A DNA stretch of 63,819 nucleotides, the filler included, from Octopus bimaculoides (taxonomy: Eukaryota), in assembly GCF_001194135.2 (NCBI RefSeq). It is 5 parts of 4 records of this genome, joined end to end, with 100 filler letters (N's around TTAATTAATTAA, not from the genome) between each part and the next. Parts side by side here need not be neighbours in the genome. Positions count along the whole stretch, not along the records: positions 30,974 to 59,544 come from NC_068989.1; positions 59,645 to 62,688 come from NW_026368497.1; positions 62,789 to 63,819 come from NC_068983.1; 2 more parts are not named here. One strand, written 5' to 3'. Each line of letters starts with the position of its first letter. Positions within the stretch are counted from its first letter, which is position 1. Under the pieces are notes generated by a model. It had not been told where the DNA came from and did not search any database. It saw nothing but the letters and a program-made list of their open reading frames with translations. The position numbers and the translations under genes are program-made. Positions 52,633 through 63,819 of this stretch are shown piece by piece.

Positions 52633-53322
52633 AGATGGTGGTAGTGGTGGTAGTAGTAGTTGTGGTGGTAGTGGTGGTGGTGGTAATTAAAAAGAAGTCA
52701 ATGAAGCAATGTTCGTTATTTAGTGCTGAAAAGGAAAATGGTTGAACGGTGAAGGCAGTGGAGTGTTGAGGGTGGAAACAGCTGTAATATTCCCGAACCA
52801 GCAAATAAACCAGACAGAGTCATATCGACCGCACCTGCACCACCACTCTACCACAATAATAAACTGTGTATTTTGCTGTAGATTAAAATAAGTAGTAATT
52901 TAATGTAGACAAGCGAAAGTTGATTTTGCTCACGAAGTTCAGAAAAAAATAAATAAACTGAGGAAAAAGAGAAGCTGTGATATTCATGCATTTCCCTAAA
53001 AGCCTTTCACGATGTACTTGAAATGAGATGTCTTTAACCGGAAAGGGAAACTAGCACGAAACCCTGACCCTCTGGGTACGTATTCCGAATCGATAATCGA
53101 TAGTGTTAGCTGGTCCTCGTCTCTATGTTGATTGATTCTGTAGACATGTGGGTAAAAAGCTTGTTTTGCCACCGCGTGGTTTTGGGTTCAGTCCCACAGC
53201 ACGGCACCTCTAGCAAGTGTCTTCAACTATAGCCCTTGGTTGAGTGAAAGAAGCCCGTCGCATATATCGCTGAAATCTACAACTTTTTTTCCATTCTCTC
53301 TCTGTTTATTTTTCTCTTATTC

Positions 53323-53358
53323 CTTTCTGCTGAAGAGCGTAGGCTCGAAATGTAAAAG
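53323..53358 (+). ncRNA. Hammerhead-like motif with core variants, family 4
   Basis: CUUU-CUGcUGA-A-GAGC(guag)GCUC-GAAA-uG-UA-AAAG; stems I and II pair, but A6 is C and ACGU is AUGU. Confidence 0.45.
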
Positions 53359-53451
53359 ACGTTTTCATTTTTCCGAGCGTCAAACTAATACACCTGCTTC
53401 TTGTTCATACACCCGTCTTCATTTTTTGTTTTTCTATAAATAAATTTCAAC

Positions 53452-53490
<39 letters not shown>

Positions 53491-54893
53491 GTGTATATAT
53501 ATGTGTGTGTATGTATATATATGTATGTATATGTATGCATGCATGCTTGCATGTACGTATGCATGTATGTATGTATGTATGTAATGTATGTAATGTATGT
53601 GTCTATGTGTGTGTGTGTGTGTGTGTGTCTGTGCTTGTGTTTGTCTCCCACTACCGTTAAACAACCGGTGTTAGTTTGTTTACCTCCCCATAACTTAGTA
53701 ACACGGCAAAAAGGAACCGGTAGAATAAGTACAAGATTCATAAAAAAAATCAAATAAACAAAGAGTCAAATAAATATATAAATACTAGTCGATTCGTTCG
53801 ACTAAACTCTTCACGGCGGTGCTGCAGCATGGCCTCATTCATTAATTTAAACAGGTAAAAGAGAAAAGGTAGAAGATATGGAGCCCAGTATTTCTAGAGG
53901 AGAAGATAGGGAAGTTTCAAGTTTCGTTTTCTTTCTCAAGAATATTTAACCAGTTTTGAAACGAAGTGGGTCCTAACCAGAAATCGAAACCGTATCGTAG
54001 AGTCGCCATACAACTTGTTTTAACGGTGTGTGCCTTTTTCTTATCAAGATATGAAACAGGGGCAGCCTTCGGGTTGAAATCTATGCAATCATATCCCGCC
54101 TCCCTCTTCATAACTAGGCATTTAGAATCAAATTACATACGTGAAGTAGTGGTGGTGGTGAGAGTAGATCTTTGCACACACACTCATATATTTATATAAC
54201 TAAGAGAGACAGCAATGGTGTGAGTGAGTCAGTCGGTGATAAGAAACCTAAGTGGAGTGTACGTGGTTCTTAGCCATACAAATGCACTTTTCTGGCTGCC
54301 GTGTCTCCACTGAAACTGACAGAGTCTAACTTGATCGCCGACTACATTCACCCATGCGTGGTTTACAGACGTCCATACACAAATGCGTGCGTGCGGATTA
54401 ATTAATTAATTAATATCACTACCACTAATACCAACAACAAAAATATTTTTTGTTGAATTTATTTTTTCTTAATTCGTTCTTTCTTTTAAATTTTATGATA
54501 TCCAAAAAAAAAAAAAGAAGTAAAAAAGCAAAAAAAATTGAGGATAAAAACGTTATAGTTTGTTGTTGCAGCCCATTTACAATTTAAATGAAGATTTTAA
54601 AAAGATCTCACGAAAGAAAAGTTTAACTTTCAACATTAAACTAAACAACGATATCTATGACTGAGAAATATANNNNNNNNNNAAAAAAAAAAAAAAAAAA
54701 CAAGAACAGAAAATATTTAAAAAAAGCATAAATAACAAAACTATCATTTTAAATTTTGGAATCTTGTACACAGACTTTCGTGACAACGCCTTGAGAATTT
54801 ATCGGTACTTCTGTAAAATTTATTATCATTACTACTGTTATTATTAATTTATTATTGCTATTATTATTGTTATTATTATTATTATTATTATTA

Positions 54894-54928
<35 letters not shown>

Positions 54929-55386
54929 TGATGGTGTTGCTGTTATGAATTTTTTTTCTCGCCAAAATTATTTGACTCACATAATCGAAACTTAATTTTC
55001 TTTTTTTGTATCCTTTTTTTCTATCTCTATTGAACATATAACTTTTTGACTTTATCAATTAGCACTGTTTCGTTTCTCTAGACACCCTGTGGCCACGGCA
55101 GAAACAGTTATATTTATATAGATTGCTTTCGACCAATCTTTATTATTGATTTAATTTAGTGTCCTGTTGTATATATTGCATTCAATCCCTAGGCAAGATT
55201 CTTAAATCTACTAGCGCAGAAGAGCTCTGTCATTAAGAAATTATTATTTTTATATAGAATATTATTTATAAAATACTTTTTGTGTGAAGACGTTTAGAAA
55301 ACCAAAAAAAAAGAAAAACATTGATTTATGAAATAACGATAATAATAATAATATCAATTAAATTTTACAAATAATATAAAATAGAT

Positions 55387-57696
55387 ATGGATAACGAATT
55401 TGTGAACTATGTTAAAACTGAGACCAAGGTAAATGAGAAGTCTTTGACAAATCTGGAAGGATATAACCAGGATAGTTCAGTTAAATCAACCGTGATTGGA
55501 CAGCCAAGTACGTCAATGGAAATTAATGGAAATATTTCCACAGAGACCTGTCAACTGCAGGACACACTGTATGCAGAAAGTAACAACACAACAGACACGT
55601 CATATCCGAAGGTCCTGTCTAATGCTGAACCTAATTTCTTCCAATCGACTTTGAACGAAGCGACAGATTCGCAAATGTATGTTCCTGTAGTTAACAACAC
55701 TTTCAGCGAATTAGCTGATGGAAACAACATTGAGGGGGACAGTTTTAAACCAGAAAATATTGAAGAAGTAAAACTTATGAACACATCGTCGGCGAAATGT
55801 GACATAGAATCTGGTGAGGTCATTCAGGATGCCATTTTAATAGAACAAAAACAAAGTTCGGTAGAGTTATCTGAAAATATTTTTCCTGTAGTAACTGATA
55901 CACACGCGCTTAATTCTGAGGAATTACATATCACCGGAAATCTTACTAACCTATCAGAAGGTGATTTGAATTTCAGCACTGGCATCGAAGGTGTATGTGG
56001 TTCATACACCGAAACAGAAGTTGCTCCTGATTACATCCAAGTTTCGTCTCACAAAGTAGCAGAGTTTTCTACAGAACCTACACGTGAAAGAGCTGAAAAA
56101 CTCGAAGAGAATCTGAAAAATGTTTCAACATCTGCGTCGTCTTATTATGAAGAAGTAGGAAATGTTGAAAGCGTTAATCCCGAAATAATTGAAAAACCGT
56201 CCGTATTTTCTGTTGGAGATGTCGATAGCTCACTGGAAATCCTTGAAGAGAAACCTGAAGTCGTTTCTTTTAATCAATTTACATTAAAGACCGAAACAAT
56301 TGGAGGAGACAAAATATTAGAAGAGAGAACAAATGTGGAAATAACCGAAGAATTAAATGTGCAAAACGCAACCATAGACAATATGATGGTATCAGAACAC
56401 TTTGAAATTGTCGAGAAAGGAAACGTGGAAACCGATAGCAATTTTATTGGGACACCCAAAGATAATGATTCTACCGTTTTATTTGAACAAGTTGACGTAC
56501 AGGTCGAAGAATTTGGAATTTCTGCTTCAACAAAACCGTTGATGACTTCTATCGAACAATCTGAAAATTTTAAAATGAATATTCCAAATGAAACGGAAAC
56601 ATCGTTTCCCGGGAAAATTCTTCCGTCCAGGGAAGACAGTGGTTTACTTGAAAACATGGTAGCTGTTGCACCTTTGGTAGAAAACCAAACGGTTGTAGTT
56701 CAAAAGGAAGAAATGTTATTGTTGGAAAACGAAGACAATAATGTTGTTGATATGACAGTAAAAGGGGTAAAACTTATAGAAACGATTGTGAATGAACCGG
56801 CTGAAGAAATTTCTAGAGAACCAATGGGAAGTCTTAAGATTGCCACTGAACTCTCAAAAGTCCAGGAAGAAAATAAAGTGAAAATAACAGAATTTGAAGC
56901 TGTAGAAAACCACGTTCCAACAAAGAAATTAACTGAAATAGAAAGTCATGATATAAAAACCTTTTCTATGGCAGATAAAAATACGATGGAAGCACCAACA
57001 TATATTGGAGCTGAAGTTTCTTCGAACGAAAACATCGACGTATTTTCAGTGAAACCAAATGAAAGTACGAAACTCGATTCTCTAGAAACAGAAACGATTG
57101 TGACCACCAAAGATGTTGACAGACGTGAGAAGAAACCAGAGCACATTGTATCGAGTGAACGAAAGCAAATTCCAGTAACAATGACAGAAAATAATCGTCC
57201 AAGACAAACTGACATTCTAAGGTTGACCAGAGGAAAGACTAAACGCGAGGCGAAAATGATTATGTCACAGGTAGCATTTGATAGAGCTTCAGAAATATTG
57301 AAAATTGTTCAAAACAAATCGAATACATATGAAGATGGTATCTATGTTCACCCCACGCACCGGGCCTATGCCACAGAAATAAAAGACGGTAATATAAATC
57401 TTTTGAAATATATCAGGCTTAGTGATGGTCAGTTATCAGATGATTCCAATCATTACGAGTATTTGAAGTCATTCAAAAGCCAGAACCGTAATGGCTATAT
57501 CAACATGAAAATCAATGGGAGGAAACGGCGTAAAATGGTTGGTCGATTCATCTACGAATGCTGTAACAAAATTACTTTGCTGGAAAATATAGCCATAAAT
57601 TACATTGATGGTAATAAACAGAATCAAAACCCTTCAAACTTATCGATTCAGATCGAATATGGCGGAGGAGAAAAACACAAAAATAAAACAAAGTAA
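55387..57696 (+). CDS. Single-exon 769-aa acidic (Glu-rich) protein with C-terminal degenerate NUMOD4/HNH-like domain
   Basis: 2.3-kb non-repetitive ORF in AT-rich DNA, in-frame TAA upstream (55372-55374), AATAAA at 57732. C-terminus GYINMK...KMVGRFIYEC...INYIDGNKQNQNPSNL aligns by eye to HNH_3 GY.......VHR.V.E.F....V.HIDGNK.NN...NL. Confidence 0.8.
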   Translation: MDNEFVNYVKTETKVNEKSLTNLEGYNQDSSVKSTVIGQPSTSMEINGNISTETCQLQDTLYAESNNTTDTSYPKVLSNAEPNFFQSTLNEATDSQMYVPVVNNTFSELADGNNIEGDSFKPENIEEVKLMNTSSAKCDIESGEVIQDAILIEQKQSSVELSENIFPVVTDTHALNSEELHITGNLTNLSEGDLNFSTGIEGVCGSYTETEVAPDYIQVSSHKVAEFSTEPTRERAEKLEENLKNVSTSASSYYEEVGNVESVNPEIIEKPSVFSVGDVDSSLEILEEKPEVVSFNQFTLKTETIGGDKILEERTNVEITEELNVQNATIDNMMVSEHFEIVEKGNVETDSNFIGTPKDNDSTVLFEQVDVQVEEFGISASTKPLMTSIEQSENFKMNIPNETETSFPGKILPSREDSGLLENMVAVAPLVENQTVVVQKEEMLLLENEDNNVVDMTVKGVKLIETIVNEPAEEISREPMGSLKIATELSKVQEENKVKITEFEAVENHVPTKKLTEIESHDIKTFSMADKNTMEAPTYIGAEVSSNENIDVFSVKPNESTKLDSLETETIVTTKDVDRREKKPEHIVSSERKQIPVTMTENNRPRQTDILRLTRGKTKREAKMIMSQVAFDRASEILKIVQNKSNTYEDGIYVHPTHRAYATEIKDGNINLLKYIRLSDGQLSDDSNHYEYLKSFKSQNRNGYINMKINGRKRRKMVGRFIYECCNKITLLENIAINYIDGNKQNQNPSNLSIQIEYGGGEKHKNKTK

Positions 57697-59306
57697 ACTA
57701 CACAAGCTTTTCAGAAGAGATGCCATACTAAAATAAACAACAACAAATCGATATGGTATTGCTGGGCTGCTGCTGTTGTTAGTGAAGGTGGTGGTGGTGG
57801 TGGTGGTGGTGGTGGTGATGATGATGCTGGTGGTGATGGTGGTGCTGTTGATGTAGGTGGACATTGTGTGCACATAGTAGAAGAGAGATTGATTCGCCTT
57901 TCAATGCATATTAAGTCAGATGCCTTACGTATTTCAGTTCCATTCGGCTTCGCCTTACATCCCAGCTGGTTCGATTATATTAAGTATCAGTACCACACTG
58001 ATCGATTCAGTCAACTAAAATGCCTTGCCCACCACCATTTAAAACAAAATGACATTGCACTTCGTTAAAAGAAAACGCCTTCATCATCATCATCATCATC
58101 ATCATGAAGAAAAAGGTAAAAGTTTGGAAGCAAACTTTTAATNNNNNNNNNNNNNNNNNNNNNNNNNNNNNNNNNNNNNNNNNNNNNNNNNNNNNNNNNN
58201 NNNNNNNNNNNNNNNNNNNNNNNNNNNNNNNNNNNNNNNNNNNNNNNNNNNNNNNNNNNNNNNNNNNNNNNNNNNNNNNNNNNNNNNNNNNNNNNNNNNN
58301 NNNNNNNNNNNNNNNNNNNNNNNNNNNNNNNNNNNNNNNNNNNNNNNNNNNNNNNNNNNNNNNNNNNNNNNNNNNNNNNNNNNNNNNNNNNNNNNNNNNN
58401 NNNNNNNNNNNNNNNNNNNNNNNNNNNNNNNNNNNNNNNNNNNNNNNNNNNNNNNNNNNNNNNNNNNNNNNNNNNNNNNNNNNNNNNNNNNNNNNNNNNN
58501 NNNNNNNNNNNNNNNNNNNNNNNNNNNNNNNNNNNNNNNNNNNNNNNNNNNNNNNNNNNNNNNNNNNNNNNNNNNNNNNNNNNNNNNNNNNNNNNNNNNN
58601 NNNNNNNNNNNNNNNNNNNNNNNNNNNNNNNNNNNNNNNNNNNNNNNNNNNNNNNNNNNNNNNNTTTAAAATAGGTACATACCTATGTAACTTATATATC
58701 AGATATCCATAACAACAATATCTTTGTATTCTAAACTTATATTTCATAGTATATGATCCCATTTCAACTAAACAGTTAATCTAAAGCAGCGGTCCTCAAT
58801 CACCATTTCGGAGCATTTGGCAACCGTATAACCTTCTGTGACAAACAATTAAAAACAAAAAAAATGAAGATAGGGGAGCACACTCAACATATGATACATC
58901 CTTTTTCCTGGAGAAATATTTCTCGTTTTTATTTGTTTGCTGTGAATATCATGTTGTGGCTCTCGTTCAGGTGACTGAATTATAAAAATAACCATGATCA
59001 TTTTTATCAAATGTTTTCAAATTAAAAACTTATTTTGGTGGTATTTTTAAAATCATACTGCGACATTAATCGGGACAAGTTGATCTAAAGCAGTGTTCAT
59101 ATTTTAGTTTCAACACTATGATTGCATCGATCGCGCTTAGCCACAACTCACAGTCTGAAGCAACTAATAAAAAAAAAAAGTAATAATAACTATTTAACAA
59201 GGAAAGTAAAAAAAAAATTACACAGAAACGAACCAAATCTGAAAACGAAGGATTTCATCAGAAAACGCCATTTATCCACCCCCTCTCTCTCTCCCGACCT
59301 CCTTAA

Positions 59307-59337
<31 letters not shown>

Positions 59338-59491
59338 AATATTATTAACTACATATACCTAATGAATATGCTTCGTGTATTTTCCGGTGGCTGCAATAGC
59401 GTGGTGGAGTACATACGCTATAAAAGCGCCGGTTGTTAAAACACCCCAATCATGGACAGGCGAGGTAACTCACCTTCAATCTGCTTTTATC

Positions 59492-59544
<53 letters not shown>

Positions 59545-59644
59545 NNNNNNNNNNNNNNNNNNNNNNNNNNNNNNNNNNNNNNNNNNNNTTAATTAATTAA
59601 NNNNNNNNNNNNNNNNNNNNNNNNNNNNNNNNNNNNNNNNNNNN
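59545..59644. other. Artificial 100-bp contig spacer
   Basis: TTAATTAATTAA at 59589-59600 within Ns. Confidence 0.9.
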
Positions 59645-60289
59645 AATAATACAGGTGATATAATCTTGATTAATTTTCTAAAATAACATTTTTCCAGATA
59701 TAAGTATGTGTGTATGTGTATGCACACATACATACACACGTATATAATATACAAAAAATATATGTTAACGATTTATGTATACATACATACATATATATAT
59801 ATATATACATATATTTGACGGGCTTCTTTCAGTTTCCGTCTACCAAATCCACTCACAAGTCTTTGGTCGGCCCGAGGCTATAGTAGAAGACACTTACCAC
59901 ACAGCCACTCCTACGCCTGGTGTTGAAAATATTCCAAACGACATTGCTCAAATGATGTTGGCATTCACTTTAAAATTCAATCAAGGTTTTTGTCCCCGTA
60001 ACATCCCGTCTTCTACCAGAATCATACTCACATCACATCACATCGCAACACTAGAACAGAACTGTTTTTTACGCCTCAACTGGCCTTTCTCTCTTTAACA
60101 CCATGCCAAGACACACACAAAAGAAGAAAAGAACTCGTAACAATTAAATGGCTCCGGAATCAATATCTCCAGCAAATTCCAGATAAACCACCTCCACCCG
60201 GATATATCTCTTCAAACAATAGCTCTTTACTCGACTGGATTATAGGACCCAAAGAATGACTGTAACATCATTAAATATCTATCAAGTTT

Positions 60290-60447
60290 AATGTCTTCCT
60301 TTCAGTTAATAGATCTCCCTCTGTCTTTCTGTCTCTCCCTCTCTCTCCCCCCTTTTATCTGCCTGTCTATTTCGTTACTGCTCTCTGCCTTTCTCTCTGT
60401 CACTATCTATCTATCTCTCTATCTATCTACCTCTCTACCTTTTTATA

Positions 60448-60494
<47 letters not shown>

Positions 60495-61273
60495 ATGACT
60501 CCCTCTCTATCTATCTATCTATCTATTCTCTCATACTTGTGTATCTTTCTCTCTGTCTCCCAGTCTCCCACACAATCGATCTCCATGTTTGTCTTGTGTC
60601 GTCTGCTTTCAGTCAATTCCCTCCAACACGTGTCGCTCGTCTTCTCCCCTTCCTTCTCCCCCGCCTCTCTCTCTCTCTGTCTACTCCTCTATCTTTCCGT
60701 CATTGTCCCTCTCCTCCTCTCTCTTCCCTTTTCTTCCTCTCTATTCCCATCCCTCTCTCTTTCTCTCTCAATCTATCACCCTCTCCCTCTCCACGTCAAT
60801 CTGTCCTGTGTCGTCTGCTCTCAGTCAAATTCTCCTCCACACGTGTCTGTCATCTTCTCCTCTTCCTGCTCCTCCCTCTCTCTAGTTGTTTACCTCGTTT
60901 ACCTTTCTTTCTCTACTACTCTCTACCTCTCTCTTTTATTCTCCATCTCTCTCCGTTATTCTCTATTTCTCTCTCTTTCCTCCTTTCCTTTCTCCCTTTC
61001 CCCCTCTCTCTTTCTCTCTGTATCCCTCTATCTTTATCTCAGTATCTTTCCTGCGTCATCTGCTTTCTGTCAAGTCTCTTCAACACGTCTTTCAACTACC
61101 CTTTCTTCTCCCCCCCTCTTTCTTTCTATTTCTCTATCCGTCTGTCTCTCTGTCTCTCTCTGTCTCTGTCTCTCTCTGTTTCTGTCTTTGTCTCTTTTCC
61201 TTTCTCCTCCCACTTCTTTTTCTTTTCCTTCTTTTCTGCTCTTTCTCTCATCTCTTCCGTCTCTCTCTTTCTT

Positions 61274-61308
<35 letters not shown>

Positions 61309-61414
61309 ACCCCTCTCTCTCTACTCCCTCTTTCTATCTACTCCTCTCTCTCTTCCTCTGTCTATCTATCTACCCTTTCTCTCTTCCTCTCTCTATCTAC
61401 CCTCTCTTCCTTCT

Positions 61415-61445
<31 letters not shown>

Positions 61446-61732
61446 ACGTCATTGTCTGTCCTGTGTCATCTGCTCTCACTCACTTCTCAACACGTGTCTT
61501 TCATCTTCTCCCCTTCCTTTCCCTCTCTCACTGTGTCTAGATTTCTCCATCTCTCTCTTTCTCCCCTTCCCTTTCTCTTCTTCCCTCACCTTTCTCTCTT
61601 CCTCTCCTCCTCCCCTTCTTCCTCTCTCTATCTATCTACTTGTCCAACTACTCCCCCTCTCTCTCTACCTTAGTATCTCTCCCGTGTCGTCTGCTCTCAG
61701 TCAATTCTTTCCAACACGTGTCTTCCATTTTC
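60290..61732. repeat. 1.4-kb polypyrimidine (CT/CTAT) tract with five embedded ~55-bp units
   Basis: Unit CCTGTGTCGTCTGCTCTCAGTCAA..CAACACGTGTC..TCTTCTCC near 60595, 60805, 61050, 61460 and 61681. Confidence 0.85.
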
Positions 61733-62354
61733 TGTTTACAAAAATCGCTCACGAAAAGCCTCCGTTCCTCACATGACGAAAGGTTTTCCGGCCGCGACCA
61801 TCCCTTCTTTTTGAAAAAAAATGAAAGACAACATTGACAACGTAGAAGATTTACCTACAAACAGCAGTCAAATTACACACATCCAAGAGACCTACATAAT
61901 ATTCAGAGACATTCCGGACATGGCCACCACGTCTTTCTGTTGAAGTACATTTCTTTTATTTCAATTAATTTCTGAAAAATTTAATTAAGTAACTATGTAA
62001 TTATAAAGCTGATGTTTGAATCATAAATTCACATGAAATTTTGATGGGAGATTTTGGTTTAGATCACTTTAGAGAATGTGTAGCCTATAGACAGGGGTGG
62101 TCACGGGTGGGTTCGTATTAAAAGTGTTAAAGGGGATGTGGCTGTTGTTTGCCTAGAAGCTGTGCTCCGTCACTGACTAATGTGGCCCCTATTTTAAAAC
62201 CCTCGTAGTTATCATATCTCCACTGAAATACAGTGCATTTGTTTTCAGCTAATTTTGAAAATAATAAGGAATCTTGCGAAATAACTTTGTTATTAAGCTG
62301 AGCGGTACCATGTCAAATGCTTTCTCCTCATTAATACGGGCTAAATCTATCTGC

Positions 62355-62412
<58 letters not shown>

Positions 62413-62688
62413 GTCTACCTCTGTCTATATATTTATCTCTCTCTCTCTCTCTCTCTGTATATATTATATATATATATATATATAACGCTTAGTTTTAGAA
62501 TATTGGCAGCTGATGAAGGAAATGTTCTACGTGGCCTGTGTGTTTTCCGTACTCTGTTTATCACTTTGTCTACGTTTTGTTTGCAATGTCCTGTACCCAG
62601 ATATGCATCTATATATACACGTAGATGTAGGTATGTACATACATGTACGTATATATGCATAAACTCATTTATTATTTGTATTATATAT

Positions 62689-62788
62689 NNNNNNNNNNNN
62701 NNNNNNNNNNNNNNNNNNNNNNNNNNNNNNNNTTAATTAATTAANNNNNNNNNNNNNNNNNNNNNNNNNNNNNNNNNNNNNNNNNNNN
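62689..62788. other. Artificial 100-bp contig spacer
   Basis: TTAATTAATTAA at 62733-62744 within Ns. Confidence 0.9.
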
Positions 62789-63040
62789 CTCAGCACATGT
62801 CTGCGCATCATCAACCACGGCATGCCCAGCCCTCCTTTTAGCGGGTGTTGGCAGCAAACAGATCTCCTGACCATCGGAACGCTTCCTTTCCACAAGAAGC
62901 AGAAGACGATGCGTTCCAGTTTGGTGATGGTAGAGTCGGGACAAGGCACGACGGTCAGGCGGTAGTAGATGACGGACGCGATGTACGCGTTCGCCACCTC
63001 CGCTCGACCTTTTAGGGACAGCTTCCCCTCGGCTCATTGC
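62789..63040 (-). pseudogene. Tx1/L1-clade LINE ORF2 fragment (region C-terminal to the RT core)
   Basis: GC-rich; KLSLKGRAEVANAYIASVIYYRLTVVPCP...FLWKG...GGLGMP matches the LS..GR..V.N......Y.L / FLW.G / GGLG.P motifs. Confidence 0.8.
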
Positions 63041-63065
63041 CGGGAAGAGTGGCCACTCTATTTGT

Positions 63066-63123
<58 letters not shown>

Positions 63124-63819
63124 TCGGCAACTCCTGTCAATTAAGCAGTTAGACAAAAATCAAAGCAGTGACAGCAGTTACACATAGCATCGGTGTTACG
63201 TCCACCCACTTGTCTCTTCTAAAACTCTCTGAGAGTAATATCTGATTTGTTATTCACATGTATAGATCTTACAAGGAAATGACTTTGATACATGTGTGTA
63301 TATACAAACACAGAAATACAAACAAACATATGTACATGCATGTGTGTGTGTATGTGCACGTATGAGATTGAAATCAAAAGAAGCAAAATAGCTGCTAAAG
63401 CATTTGAGTTTAATGGACAGTTTGACCTAGTACCAGGTTACTTTAAGTATTGTGAGCGTAGAACTTGTCCACATCATCAAATTTCGATTCGAACATCTGA
63501 TGTCGTAGATGTGTCCTTCAACTATAAAATATATGTGTGTGTGTATGCGTGTGTGCGCGCGCGTGTATGTTTGCATGTATGTATGCATATACATATACAC
63601 AAATTGATCAAAATTGTACAAAAACAAAAGAGACAAGTAAGGTAACAATAAACAGAATTTAGTACTTTGATGCTCAGATCAAAAAATGGAAAAGTCTTTG
63701 ACTTTTCAAGTTACGATCTTCTACAGAAAGGAATGAAGAAAAAAACATAGAAAGAGAAAACGTGTTTATGTGAGTGTGTACATACGTATATGTATGTATA
63801 TACATACATACATATATAT

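Noticed and set aside
55551-57215. Minus-strand ORFs within the 769-aa gene (likewise within 42167-44917)
   Set aside because: Antisense shadow ORFs of a real coding frame.
60291-61776. 460-, 333- and 296-aa Leu/Ser-rich ORFs
   Set aside because: All three + frames are open because a pyrimidine-only strand rarely forms stop codons; this is a low-complexity repeat, not a gene.

Overview
AT-rich, microsatellite-saturated animal genomic DNA from a draft assembly. The tRNA-derived SINE families and repeat landscape fit a coleoid cephalopod such as Octopus best; this is an inference from remembered repeat sequences and was not searched. Four identical 100-bp spacers (44 N + TTAATTAATTAA + 44 N) show the window is five concatenated pieces: 1-22541, 22642-30873, 30974-59544, 59645-62688 and 62789-63819. 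Only two ORFs look like intact host genes. Both are single-exon, on the + strand and on the same piece. (1) 42167-44917, 916 aa: FERM + PPxY + PTP protein of the PTPN14/PTPN21/Pez type. Its WPD loop (WSQ), P-loop (LCHDGVGR) and Q-loop (MVTS) are altered, so it is probably a retroposed pseudophosphatase. (2) 55387-57696, 769 aa: a long acidic, probably disordered region ending in what looks like a catalytically dead NUMOD4/HNH homing-endonuclease module. The rest is mobile-element debris: a near-complete DD37D (maT) mariner, a Buster/Charlie hAT plus a MITE, a pogo-like remnant, a Gypsy integrase remnant, Tx1/L1 fragments and three SINE families. Penelope-like elements carry minimal hammerhead ribozymes: four with intact cores and two degenerate, from four sequence families, often in fold-back structures. 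No CRISPR array, rRNA or true tRNA gene was seen. Most listed ORFs are artefacts of N-runs or microsatellites.
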